A stretch of DNA of 64,000 bases, taken from a virus. Its lineage: Duplodnaviria; Caudoviricetes. Every line of letters starts with the position of its first letter. Position 1 is the stretch's first letter. Where the stretch lies: IMG/VR virus record IMGVR_UViG_3300005611_000006, one strand, 5' to 3'. Made by a program: the position numbers and the translations under genes. Below are positions 10,301 to 20,400 of the stretch, piece by piece. The notes beneath the pieces are model-generated. The model did not search any database and was not told where the DNA came from. It saw nothing but the letters and a program-made list of their open reading frames with translations.

Positions 10301-11379
10301 TGACTCTTGGAAATGGAAATTCAATTGAAGCAGGACTTGCATATAGAGATTCTGATGATGGATCTTTAACTTATCTTGGAGAGACATCTCCTCCACCAGT
10401 AGGATTTAATACTGGATATGTAAAAGATGCTGAAATTGCAGCAATTGAATATCTTGCTGGAATATCTACATTTATCGTTCAGAATATAAGTGTTCCAACT
10501 GTATATCAATCTGGTGTGGGAACATTTGCTCAAGTTAAAGATGAATCTAAAACTTATTCAGCAGGAATAAATGATTTCATAGAATCTAGATCTGGAATTA
10601 TTACTAGTATTATTGGAATTGGTACAACAGCAGCACCAACATTAATTCTTCCAAAAGGTCAAAGACCTTATAATGGTCAAATTTCAGTTATTGATACTCA
10701 ATACTATTTTGTAAGTTCTATTAGACTTACAAATCCAGGATCTGGATATGATCCAAATATACCAGTTGAAGTTATTATAGATCTTCCTTCTGATCCTAAC
10801 TTCTTTATTCCAGCAGAAGCTGTTGTTACTGAAGGTAATATTTCTAGTTCTGGGGGAATTATATCAATTGATGTTCTTGTGTCTGGGACTGGATATGATA
10901 TTAGTGATCTTCCACAAGTTACAATTTCCGATCCTCCTGGAGGAGGAATTACTGCAGAGGCAGAGGTTGTACTTGAAAAATTATTTTTCCGCCCAACAGG
11001 ATCTACTCCTGTTTCTGCTGGAGGAACAACAACTGTAACTTTTGATGAATTTATTACTTATCCAGTAAGTATTGGAGCAAGTGTTTTATTTTTCCAGTCT
11101 AGTAAAATTATTGCAAGTAGTATTACATTTGAATATGTTGGAACTGGTATAAATATTGTTGATGCTATACCTTCAAAAGGAGCAGTTCCAATTACTGAAA
11201 ATGAAATTGTTGCTACAAATGGTGGTCAAATACCATTTACAAGCACAGATCAAGGAGGAAATTTTAAAATTAGTGAAGGTATTACTATTAACCAAAATAC
11301 TGGAACAATTAGTGGGCAAGCATTTAGTAAAAGTTTGCAAGCAGAAGTTACTCCATTAATTATCGCACTTCAACAATAA
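7399..11379 (+). CDS. Tail-fibre/virion structural protein
   Basis: GIGT repeats, a 15-aa tandem repeat, a duplicated LL.NK.FI..E.VGFIT..DGPFG domain, and a beta-helix-type GSDSNNG..AFLTIKKAA motif. Confidence 0.75.
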   Translation: MSILDNFFKVKVGLGVGTDTLYANAVEKNIAIGGTSADYKLDVYGTVYSDRDVLVSRDVGIGTTAPIHELDVRGVGIISSRIGIGTTNPEQVLQIGTGSSIIVATGFGSFGIGVLNPVQNFQVGSGSSVVVVTGVGSIGIRTETPTYDFQLISSQSSSDFVITGLGSVGINTFFPNFNLDIAGDLRVTGFATINNEFVGVSTIGFASITNELVGVSTIGFATITNEFVGVSTIGFASITNEFVGVSTIGFATITDAYIGVATVGFATITNEFVGVSTIGFATITDAFIGVATVGFATITNEFVGVSTIGFATITDAYIGVATVGFATITDAYIGVATVGIATIEREKVVVSEIENLLVTGITTTAKLDVGIGATLAKFESLGITSVYSLDNTLIKNIEPIVGIGTTIPTRTLDIAGDLRVRGEILDANNQVGFAYSVLSSSGAPGITDRFVDGANLLIRNKNFITEEIVGFITATDGPFGIYGPNFDYGPVGVETGRAKCKRDLGIIIDAIAFDITRGGNSQSVGAGISYTLGNYLESSNPAPTGLDGYAGGYVKFATLAGISSISHIAQYVINNSPLPRSHQSGVGSITQLVDTEILPDGDSNTNYQGCANVASAIHTTVGIVTTIIENNGINGTGISTNYPSGELEWKPPGPLIGNEWFVNKFGSDSNNGDSPGNAFLTIKKAASVAEPGDTIRIYAGLYIEDGPISLSERVAVVGEDLRRTLVTTKDKTDLYYVKRGCYVAQQSFVGESNPGKAMVSFPTQGFGFADGTEQNWQSPYIQNCTNFVPDSIGMRIDGSRAGGFKSMVLDAYTQYNQGGIGVSITNFGYAQLVSLFTICCDTAVFCDSGGVCDLNNSNSSFGNFGLVSNGATPLQYIGEVTNVPDVDNIDSITINVGAGASQEFIDSVDLLRLNKDFIASEVVGFITSSDGPFGAAGTNFDYGGSKKGRELCRRDSKIIIEKIASDILTLGNGNSIEAGLAYRDSDDGSLTYLGETSPPPVGFNTGYVKDAEIAAIEYLAGISTFIVQNISVPTVYQSGVGTFAQVKDESKTYSAGINDFIESRSGIITSIIGIGTTAAPTLILPKGQRPYNGQISVIDTQYYFVSSIRLTNPGSGYDPNIPVEVIIDLPSDPNFFIPAEAVVTEGNISSSGGIISIDVLVSGTGYDISDLPQVTISDPPGGGITAEAEVVLEKLFFRPTGSTPVSAGGTTTVTFDEFITYPVSIGASVLFFQSSKIIASSITFEYVGTGINIVDAIPSKGAVPITENEIVATNGGQIPFTSTDQGGNFKISEGITINQNTGTISGQAFSKSLQAEVTPLIIALQQ
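7963..8427 (+). repeat. 45-bp coding tandem repeat (GFATITNEFVGVSTI / GFATITDAYIGVATV), about 10 units
   Basis: Visible directly in both DNA and protein. Confidence 0.9.
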
Positions 11380-11385
11380 ACAATT

Positions 11386-11769
11386 ATGGCACAATTACCT
11401 CTAAATCAATATAGGACAATCACTGGAATTGCAGAAACTACTAATGTAGGAATATATACAACAAAAACTGGTTATACTAGCGTCGTACTTTATGCTCAAG
11501 TAGCAAATACTGGATTAGGAATTGGAACTATAAGTTTTTATCATCAAAGAGATACGAGATCAGGTGGTGGTGGAATTACAACAGAAACCACAGAATTAAT
11601 TTATAATGTTCAGGTTCCACCTAATGATGCAGTAGTTTTACTTGATGGTAGATTAGTTTTAGAAAAAACAGCACTAAAGACTGATAGTCTTAGGTTAGTT
11701 GGTGTATCATCAACTAATCCAAATCATCTTAAATATACTGTCAGTATATTAGAAACTTTAAATCAATAA
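11386..11769 (+). CDS. Small fibre-associated structural protein
   Basis: 127-aa beta-rich ORF between fibre genes, ending ..VSILETLNQ. Confidence 0.7.
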   Translation: MAQLPLNQYRTITGIAETTNVGIYTTKTGYTSVVLYAQVANTGLGIGTISFYHQRDTRSGGGGITTETTELIYNVQVPPNDAVVLLDGRLVLEKTALKTDSLRLVGVSSTNPNHLKYTVSILETLNQ

Positions 11770-11806
11770 TAAATAACTTTAACTAGGGGGATAGTGGAAC
11801 CCAAAA

Positions 11807-14800
11807 ATGGCAAGATACCTAAGCAAAAGAGTTTCAAGAACACCACAGTCAAGATTAACCTCTGATAGATATCAATTTCTTGGGTTAAATCAAGCTGAAC
11901 CTAATTTAGGAGATCCTCCTGGAGTAGAAATTCCTATTGGTCAGCAATATATGGTAGTTAGTTTAACTAACTATCCAGGTGAAAGATATTGGGTTCCTGT
12001 TCCTCCCGGAATTGTTGAGCTTGGAATTACCGTAAGAGATGAAGGTAATATTATTGGTGGATTATCTGGAATTGGATCTATTACTCAATTAAATTTTGTT
12101 GGCCCAGGAGTTACTGTAACAGGGGTTGTAACTGAAGGATTAGGTATTGCAACAGTTACTGTAGAAGCTGTTAATTCAGTAGCAGATGAACCAGTAGATG
12201 CCTTTCCGAGATTTATTGGATTTACAAGTGTTAGATCTGGTTCTGCTGTAACATCATTTGATATTGCTCCAGATACTTTAGTATTCATTCCAAATACACA
12301 AAATCTTGGTATTGGTTCAACCCAACCTCAATATGCGATTGATGTTGGGTTATCTACTGTCAGAATTCAAGGGGATATTGCAGATAAGTTTGGTGATATA
12401 GGAACTGGGTTATATTTAAAAGCGTTAGGTCCTGGATTAGGTGTTACCTGGGCTACAGCGATTGGACCTCAAGGTCTTCAAGGTATACAAGGTATTCAGG
12501 GAACACAAGGTCTTCAGGGAATACAGGGAATAACTGGGGAACAAGGTCTTCAAGGAATTCAGGGAACTCAAGGGATTCAAGGTTCTCAGGGAATTCAGGG
12601 AATTCAAGGAATTATTGGTCCTCAAGGTTTTCAGGGAAATCAAGGAATTCAAGGAATTCAAGGAGATTTAGGACCACAGGGAACTCAAGGATCTCAAGGA
12701 CCTCAAGGAATCCAAGGAATTCAAGGTGAACAGGGAATTCAAGGTATTCAAGGAATTCAAGGTGAACAGGGAATTCAAGGAATCCAAGGAATTCAAGGTT
12801 CTCAAGGAACTCAAGGAACTCAAGGAATTCAAGGTATTGCTGGAGAAGGAAATCAAGGTCTACAAGGAATTCAAGGTAGACAGGGAATTCAAGGTAGACA
12901 AGGAACTCAAGGAATTCAAGGTATTGCTGGAGATCAAGGAAATCAAGGGACTCAAGGTAGGCAAGGATCCCAAGGATCACAAGGTAGACAGGGAATTCAA
13001 GGTATTGCTGGAGAAGGAAATCAAGGTTTACAGGGTACACAAGGAATTCAAGGTAGGCAAGGTCTACAAGGAATTCAAGGTTCAGGAGCTCAAGGTTTTC
13101 AAGGTAGACAAGGTAGGCAAGGTCTACAAGGAAGACAGGGAATTCAAGGTGAAATAGGAGCTGGTCTACAAGGAATCCAAGGAATTCAAGGAGTTCAAGG
13201 AATTCAAGGAGTTTCTGGGACAGGTGGAACTCAAGGATCTCAGGGAATTCAAGGTATTCAGGGTGAAATAGGATCCCAAGGAATTCAAGGAATTCAAGGA
13301 ATTCAAGGAATTCAAGGAAGGCAGGGTCTTCAAGGTGGTGCTGGAGAAGGTGGAACTCAAGGTCTTCAAGGAATTCAAGGTGAACAAGGAACTCAAGGAA
13401 TTCAAGGAACTCAAGGAACTCAAGGAATTCAAGGAATCCAAGGCGAACTAGGAGAACAAGGAATTCAAGGAATTCAAGGAATTTCTGGGTCAGGTGGAAC
13501 TCAAGGATCACAAGGAACTCAAGGAATTCAAGGAAGACAAGGAATTCAAGGTGAAACTGGACTTCAAGGTACTCAAGGAATTCAAGGAATTCAAGGAAGA
13601 CAAGGATCACAAGGAATTCAAGGTGAACTAGGAGAACAAGGAGTTCAAGGAATTCAAGGTGGTCCTGGAGAAGGTGGAATTCAAGGATCTCAAGGAATTC
13701 AAGGAATTCAAGGAATCCAAGGAATTCAGGGTAGACAAGGAACTCAAGGAATTCAGGGTAGACAAGGAACTCAAGGAACTCAAGGAACTAATGGAACTTC
13801 TGTAACAATTGTTGGAACTTTAGCTCTTACTCCAGGCAATGAGCAAGCAGAACTTAATGCAGTTTCAAATCCTTGGTATCCACCCTCAGCTGGAGATGGT
13901 GTTATAGATTCTAATACTGGAGATCTTTGGGTTTATGACGGTTCTGTTTGGAACAATGTAGGACAGATTCAAGGAGATGATGGAGCTCAAGGTATCCAAG
14001 GAATTCAAGGAATTCAAGGAATTCAAGGAACTCAAGGAATTCAAGGAATTCAAGGTGGTGCTGGAGAAGGTGGAACTCAAGGTGCTCAAGGTAGACAAGG
14101 AATTCAAGGAATACAAGGAATTCAAGGAAGGCAAGGAAGACAAGGAATTCAAGGAGATCAAGGAGATATAGGAACTCAAGGTGCTCAAGGTAGACAAGGT
14201 AGACAAGGTAGACAAGGAATTCAAGGAGATCAAGGAGATCAGGGTATTCAAGGTTTCCAAGGAACTTCTGGATCAGGTGGAACTCAAGGTGCTCAAGGTA
14301 GACAAGGAATTCAAGGTAGACAAGGAATTCAAGGAAGGCAAGGAAGACAAGGAATTCAAGGAGATCAAGGAGATATAGGAACTCAAGGTTTTCAGGGAAA
14401 TCAAGGAAGGCAAGGTAGACAAGGAATTCAAGGAATACAGGGCAGACAAGGTAGACAAGGTAGACAGGGAATTTCTGGAACGGGCGGAAGTCAAGGAATT
14501 CAGGGAATACAAGGAATTCAAGGTAGACAAGGTTTTCAAGGTAGACAAGGTAGACAAGGACTCACTGGAACTGGTGATCAGGGAACTCAAGGTATACAAG
14601 GAATTCAAGGTAGACAAGGTAGACAAGGAATTTCTGGAACTGGTAATCAGGGAGCTCAAGGAACTAAAGGCGATAGAGGTAATCAAGGTAGACAAGGAAT
14701 TCAAGGAATCTCTGGAGAAGGAAATCAAGGTTTACAAGGAATTCAAGGTAGACAAGGTAGACAAGGTAGACAGGGAATTTCTGGATCAATAGGTCTTCAA

Positions 14801-16198
14801 GGAAGGCAAGGAAGACAAGGTAGACAAGGAATTCAAGGAAGGCAAGGAAGACAAGGAGTTAAAGGGGATAGTGGAAGCACTGCTACAAGAGCGGATGCTG
14901 CAAGATTTTTATCTCCGAAGACTTCAGATTATAATAATGTAACTCAGCAAGGAGCTTATATTGATTGGAATAGATCTGAAGCTGTTAGAGGATCTACTTG
15001 GTTTATTAATCAAAGAGGAAGCGCATCTGGAGGATGGTATTTTGCAAGTTCAAATACGTCTAATACTCTAGAAAATAATATTCTTAGATTAAGTAGAGCT
15101 GGTGATTTATATTTTGAGGGTATTTCTGGAACAACTTCAAATCAAAGTCGTGGAATTTTTTGGACTGCCTATGATAAAGAAGGAACTAGTGATAGAAGTG
15201 ATGAAGCTTCAATTCGCCATAGAACCAATATAGGAGGACTTGCTGGATCTGTACTGGAGATAAAATCTTTAAATGATTCTAATGATGGAATAAACTTTGA
15301 TGTTCCTAATAATGATAGTGTTAGGATAAGAGGAAATATTGTTTTAAATGCAGGAAACTTTACTAATTTTGTTGCTGGAACTGCAACAAGATTACAAGCT
15401 ACAGTTGCCGGAAATGATTATATTCGTATTCAAGGTGGCGGTTCAAATAATAGTGGATACTTGGAAATTGCAACCGCTGATGATGCAAGTGAACCAATTT
15501 ATGTACGTCAATATTCAGGAGTATTCTCAAACATTAGTAGAACACTTACTCTTCTTGATGGTAGTGGAAATACTGTTGTTCCTGGAAGACTGGGTGTTAA
15601 TAGATCACCATCATCTCCATATCATTTAGATGTCAGTGGACAGGGAAGATTTAGCAACTCTGTTCTTATACAGAATAATTTAACTACAACAGGACAGATC
15701 TATATTAATAATGGTTCTCCAACAATTTACTTAAGAGATAGTAATCATAGATCTTCAATGATTCATTGCAATAGCAATAGATTCTATATATTAAGAGGAT
15801 CTGGAAACAACTCAACTAGTTGGGTATCAACTAATAATCATTGGCCACTAGAAATTAACTTGGAAAATAATGATGCTGAATTTGGGGGAGCACTTACTGT
15901 TAATGGTAATATACTTTCTACTGGTACAGTTACAGCAATTTCTGATATTAAATTGAAAGATAATATTGTAACAATTGAAAATGCTCTTGAAAAAGTTATG
16001 AATCTTCGTGGTGTTAAATATAATAGGAAAGACTTAGATAATGTTACTGAGATTGGTGTGATTGCCCAAGAAGTTCAAAAAGTACTTCCTGAAGTTGTTT
16101 TTGAAGATGATGGAATTAAATCCGTAGCATATGGAAATATTATTGCAGTTTTAATTGAAGCAATAAAAGAATTAAAATTAAAATTAGACAATAAATAG
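11807..16198 (+). CDS. Collagen-like (Gly-X-Gln) tail fibre with C-terminal S74-type intramolecular chaperone
   Basis: Roughly 250 GXQ triplets in two blocks; SDIKLKDNIVTIENALEKVMNLRGVKY..GVIAQEV at the C-terminus. Confidence 0.9.
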   Translation: MARYLSKRVSRTPQSRLTSDRYQFLGLNQAEPNLGDPPGVEIPIGQQYMVVSLTNYPGERYWVPVPPGIVELGITVRDEGNIIGGLSGIGSITQLNFVGPGVTVTGVVTEGLGIATVTVEAVNSVADEPVDAFPRFIGFTSVRSGSAVTSFDIAPDTLVFIPNTQNLGIGSTQPQYAIDVGLSTVRIQGDIADKFGDIGTGLYLKALGPGLGVTWATAIGPQGLQGIQGIQGTQGLQGIQGITGEQGLQGIQGTQGIQGSQGIQGIQGIIGPQGFQGNQGIQGIQGDLGPQGTQGSQGPQGIQGIQGEQGIQGIQGIQGEQGIQGIQGIQGSQGTQGTQGIQGIAGEGNQGLQGIQGRQGIQGRQGTQGIQGIAGDQGNQGTQGRQGSQGSQGRQGIQGIAGEGNQGLQGTQGIQGRQGLQGIQGSGAQGFQGRQGRQGLQGRQGIQGEIGAGLQGIQGIQGVQGIQGVSGTGGTQGSQGIQGIQGEIGSQGIQGIQGIQGIQGRQGLQGGAGEGGTQGLQGIQGEQGTQGIQGTQGTQGIQGIQGELGEQGIQGIQGISGSGGTQGSQGTQGIQGRQGIQGETGLQGTQGIQGIQGRQGSQGIQGELGEQGVQGIQGGPGEGGIQGSQGIQGIQGIQGIQGRQGTQGIQGRQGTQGTQGTNGTSVTIVGTLALTPGNEQAELNAVSNPWYPPSAGDGVIDSNTGDLWVYDGSVWNNVGQIQGDDGAQGIQGIQGIQGIQGTQGIQGIQGGAGEGGTQGAQGRQGIQGIQGIQGRQGRQGIQGDQGDIGTQGAQGRQGRQGRQGIQGDQGDQGIQGFQGTSGSGGTQGAQGRQGIQGRQGIQGRQGRQGIQGDQGDIGTQGFQGNQGRQGRQGIQGIQGRQGRQGRQGISGTGGSQGIQGIQGIQGRQGFQGRQGRQGLTGTGDQGTQGIQGIQGRQGRQGISGTGNQGAQGTKGDRGNQGRQGIQGISGEGNQGLQGIQGRQGRQGRQGISGSIGLQGRQGRQGRQGIQGRQGRQGVKGDSGSTATRADAARFLSPKTSDYNNVTQQGAYIDWNRSEAVRGSTWFINQRGSASGGWYFASSNTSNTLENNILRLSRAGDLYFEGISGTTSNQSRGIFWTAYDKEGTSDRSDEASIRHRTNIGGLAGSVLEIKSLNDSNDGINFDVPNNDSVRIRGNIVLNAGNFTNFVAGTATRLQATVAGNDYIRIQGGGSNNSGYLEIATADDASEPIYVRQYSGVFSNISRTLTLLDGSGNTVVPGRLGVNRSPSSPYHLDVSGQGRFSNSVLIQNNLTTTGQIYINNGSPTIYLRDSNHRSSMIHCNSNRFYILRGSGNNSTSWVSTNNHWPLEINLENNDAEFGGALTVNGNILSTGTVTAISDIKLKDNIVTIENALEKVMNLRGVKYNRKDLDNVTEIGVIAQEVQKVLPEVVFEDDGIKSVAYGNIIAVLIEAIKELKLKLDNK
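12464..14870 (+). repeat. 9-bp collagen-coding tandem repeat (CAAGGAATT-type), interrupted at ~13800-13960
   Basis: Direct reading. Confidence 0.95.
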
Positions 16199-16209
16199 GA
16201 GAAAATTCT

Positions 16210-16707
16210 ATGGCAATTTTACAAACAGATTTTAATAATATAGCAGTTACTAATAATAGTGGAAAAATTTTATTAAGGACTTCTGGGTCTGTTCTAGACT
16301 ATGTTCAGAATGGTACCACTCGTGCCGAGATTAACGTAAGTGTAGGCAATGGACGTGAAATTTCGAGAATAAGACCATCTATAACTCCAAAATCAAATGC
16401 TTCCAGAATTTTAGTAACGTTTAATATAAATTGGAGTACTGACCAAAATGGTTTTTATTACTTTTCATTAAGGAGATACATTAATGGGGCTTTAAATTAT
16501 ACGACAGGTAGATTAATAACTTTTAATATAGGTGGTATTGATCCTTCACAGCTTTATAATCCAATGAATTATACTTATATTGATCATCCAAACACAACTG
16601 CAACTGTTCAATATAGAGTACTGGTTACTGCTAGTGGGCCTCTGGAGATGGATATAAATAGAGTTGGAAATCCTTATAGTTCAATGCAATTGTTGGAGTT
16701 AGCATAA
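16210..16707 (+). CDS. Fibre-tip/accessory beta-sandwich protein
   Basis: 165 aa; ITPKSNASRILVT..YTYIDHPNTTATVQY..SSMQLLELA pattern seen in phage fibre-associated proteins. Confidence 0.6.
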   Translation: MAILQTDFNNIAVTNNSGKILLRTSGSVLDYVQNGTTRAEINVSVGNGREISRIRPSITPKSNASRILVTFNINWSTDQNGFYYFSLRRYINGALNYTTGRLITFNIGGIDPSQLYNPMNYTYIDHPNTTATVQYRVLVTASGPLEMDINRVGNPYSSMQLLELA

Positions 16708-17031
16708 ATGGAATCAAATTACTTTTTAATTGAAGCAATAAAAAAATTATACTCAGGAACTTTTAGTGTTACTGAAACTGGAATTTATGAAGAAATTGAG
16801 TGGTTATCTGAAGATATTGAAAAACCAACTCTTGAAGAAATTCAAGCAGAAGTGCAAAGACTTGAAGAAGAATGGGAAAAAACAGAATATCAAAGATTTC
16901 GATCTAAAGAATACCCTCCACTAGAAGATTTTGTAGATGCTTATTATTGGGTACAAAAAGGAGAAAGTACTCTAATGGATGAATATATTTCTAGGTGTGA
17001 TGAGGTAAAAGAAAAATATCCAAAATCTTAA
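16708..17031 (+). CDS. Tail-fibre assembly chaperone (XkdW/Tfa-like)
   Basis: IEWLS..KPTLEEI..YQRFRSKEYPPL..VKEKYPK. Confidence 0.7.
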   Translation: MESNYFLIEAIKKLYSGTFSVTETGIYEEIEWLSEDIEKPTLEEIQAEVQRLEEEWEKTEYQRFRSKEYPPLEDFVDAYYWVQKGESTLMDEYISRCDEVKEKYPKS

Positions 17032-17067
17032 ATAATAGATAAATAACTCTAGAATTAATTTAAAGTA

Positions 17068-17412
17068 ATGTCAGTAGCAGTAGTCAATTTAGTTATTGAG
17101 CAAGGTGCTGACTTTTCATTATCTTTAACATTGAAGGCAAATGGAGAACCTATAGATTTATCTGGATATACATATTCAGCTAAAATGAAAAAGCACTACG
17201 GTGCAAATACTTCATACCCATTTACAGTCACTCCAGGAACTCCTCTTACAAATGGAGTAGTAAGTATTGGAATGTCAGAATCTTTAACCGCAACAATTCC
17301 TCCCGGAAGATATGTTTATGATGTTTTAATTACTGATGCTGGAATTGGTTCATCTGCTATTACATCAAAATACTTTAAAGGTACAGTTATAGTGGAGGGA
17401 AGTGCGTCTTAA
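17068..17412 (+). CDS. Fibre attachment/adaptor protein (BppU-N-like Ig fold)
   Basis: NLVIEQGADF..PIDLSGY..GRYVYDVLI motif; translationally coupled to the next gene. Confidence 0.65.
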   Translation: MSVAVVNLVIEQGADFSLSLTLKANGEPIDLSGYTYSAKMKKHYGANTSYPFTVTPGTPLTNGVVSIGMSESLTATIPPGRYVYDVLITDAGIGSSAITSKYFKGTVIVEGSAS

Positions 17413-20400
17413 TGGAAATTGAAGTAAATAAAAACCAATCACCAATAAGTGTTGAAGTTTCAAATGGGTCTCAGATAAAATTTGAAACTAGTTCTTCTCC
17501 ACAAGTAGTTTCAGAATTAAATGGTTCTGAGAATAATTTAGAAATTAGAGCACAATTACCTTCTGGAGTTCAGGGACTACAAGGAATTCAGGGTAATTTT
17601 GGAGTACAAGGAACTCAAGGAAATCAAGGAACTCAAGGAATCACTGGTTCTCAAGGAACTCAAGGTATTCAAGGAATTCAAGGAGAACAAGGAATTCAGG
17701 GTACTTACGGTCCTAGGGGTATACAAGGAACTCAAGGAACTCAAGGAATTCAGGGTGAGTTAGGAACTCAAGGTACTCAAGGATTTCAAGGTATACGAGG
17801 AACTGATGCAAATGTTCAAGGAATTCAGGGAAATATAGGACTACAAGGAGATGTAGGAACTCAGGGAACTACAGGAACTCAAGGAACTACAGGAGAACAA
17901 GGAATTACTGGTTCTCAAGGAACTCAAGGTATACAAGGAATCACTGGTTCTCAAGGAACTACAGGAGAACAAGGAATTCAAGGAATCACTGGTTCTCAAG
18001 GAACTACAGGATTACAAGGAGATGTAGGAACTCAAGGAATTACTGGTTTTCAAGGAACTACAGGAGAACAAGGTATTCAAGGTAGATCTGGATTACAGGG
18101 TAATCGAGGATCTTTTGGATATCAAGGTCTTCAGGGAAATTTAGGAATTCAAGGAATTCAAGGAATTCAAGGAACTACAGGATCTCAAGGTATTCAAGGA
18201 CAACAAGGAATTCAAGGACAACAAGGAATTAGTGGATTTCAGGGAACTCAAGGAATTACTGGTTCTCAAGGAATTACTGGATCTCAGGGAATCCAAGGTG
18301 AATTAGGACTTCAGGGAATACAAGGAAATCAAGGAATTCAAGGAATAACTGGAGAACAAGGAATTCAAGGAATTCAAGGAATAACTGGAGAACAAGGAAT
18401 TCAAGGAACTACTGGATCTCAGGGGATCCAAGGAACTCAAGGAATAACTGGAGAACAAGGAATAACTGGATCTCAAGGAATCACTGGTTCTCAAGGAACT
18501 CAAGGAATAACTGGTTTTCAAGGAACTCAAGGATATCAAGGAATTCAAGGGGAAATTGGAGTCCAAGGTAATACAGGACAAATTGGGGATATAGGTTTTC
18601 AAGGAACTACTGGTTTTCAGGGAACTCAAGGAATAACTGGAGAACAAGGAATTCAGGGAATTCAAGGATCTTTTGGAAATCAAGGAATTCAAGGAACCAT
18701 AGGAGATGTAGGAACTCAAGGAGTCGCAGGAGTTCAAGGATCTTTTGGAAATCAAGGAATCCAAGGAATTCAAGGTCAAATTGGATCTGGATTGCAAGGT
18801 CTTACTGGAGAACAAGGAATCCAAGGAATTCAAGGAATTCAAGGACAACAAGGAATTCAAGGACAACAAGGAATTAGTGGGTTTCAGGGAATTCAAGGAC
18901 TTATAGGTTCTCAGGGTAATGATGGTAATTTTGGTGGAGCTACTTTTGATTATACATTTAGTTCAAACACATTAAACTCTGATCCTGGAGCAGGAAAATT
19001 AAAGTTTAGTGAATTTCCATTTTCGGGTTCCCTTAATTTGTATATTGATGATACTGATGATAATGGTACTAATATTGAACCATTTTTGAGAACAATTGAT
19101 GATTCAACATCAACAATTAAAGGTCATTTTAGAGTTTCAAATCGTTTAGATTCTTCTGATTTTGCTTTATTTACTATTTCTAATGTTTCAGAACTTAATG
19201 GATACTTTAATGTAAGTTCATCATATGTTTCTGGTAGTTCGCAATCTTTTACTGATGGTGAAGATGTAATTATCACTTTTGCTAGAACTGGAGATAAAGG
19301 AGATCAAGGATTTCAAGGAATTCAAGGAACTCAAGGAATAATTGGAGAACAAGGAATTCAGGGAATTCAAGGAATTCAAGGTGAACAAGGGATTCAAGGA
19401 ATTCAAGGGATTCAAGGAACTCAAGGAACTCAAGGAATAACTGGAGAACAAGGAATTCAAGGTGAACAAGGAATTCAAGGAACTCAAGGAATAACTGGAG
19501 AACAAGGAATTCAAGGAATTCAAGGAATTCAAGGTGAACAAGGAATTCAAGGAATTCAAGGAACTCAAGGAATAACTGGAGAACAAGGAATTCAAGGAAT
19601 TCAAGGATTAACTGGAGAACAAGGAATTCAAGGAATTCAAGGTGAACAAGGGATTCAAGGGATTCAAGGAATTCAAGGAATAACTGGAGAACAAGGAATT
19701 CAAGGAATTCAAGGTGAACAAGGAATTCAAGGAAGACAAGGTAGACAAGGAATCACTGGTTCTCAAGGAATTCAAGGAAGACAAGGTAGACAAGGAATCA
19801 CTGGTTCTCAAGGAACTCAAGGAAGACAGGGTACTCAAGGTCCTGGTGGACTTACAACACTTAATGCAAATACTCTTGACAATTTAGATAGTACGCAATT
19901 TCTAAGGTCTGATTCTAATGACATATACACCGGAACATTAACCGGAGCTGGAAATATCAGTTTTAGTGGAGGATATATTGAAATTGGCGACGGAAGTGGT
20001 TCTGTTGCAATGACAATTAACGATGGTTATGGTAATGCAAACCTTTGCTTTAACCACGCCTATGGAGTTCCTGATGTAACTGGTAACGCCCTTAGAATCG
20101 AGACCAACGTTGACTCCACAACAGGCGCTGCATTCTTCTTTGAGGGTAAGTCTAACGTTGCCGCAAACACCGCAACAAGTCTTAACAATCTGTTCACGAT
20201 GGACGAGGGAGGTGCAACCTGTCTTGGCAATGTTGTCTGGCACGCTGGTAACGACGGTGCTGGTTCTGGTCTTGATGCTGATTTACTTGATGGCATTAGT
20301 AGTGCAAGTTTCTTAAGGTCTAATGCTGATGATACTTTTACCGGAAATTTAGCAAATAATGGAAATAATTATATTACTTTTGGACCTAACTCTACTTGGA

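Noticed and set aside
12437-19838. Many alternative-frame and antisense ORFs (LEFLEF.., SLNSLN.., KEFKEF..)
   Set aside because: They are shadows of the 9-bp collagen repeat, which lacks stop codons in other frames.
12464-19850. Dense GAATTC (EcoRI) sites as a restriction decoy
   Set aside because: Fully explained by preferred Gly-Ile-Gln codons (GGA ATT CAA); no independent evidence of function.
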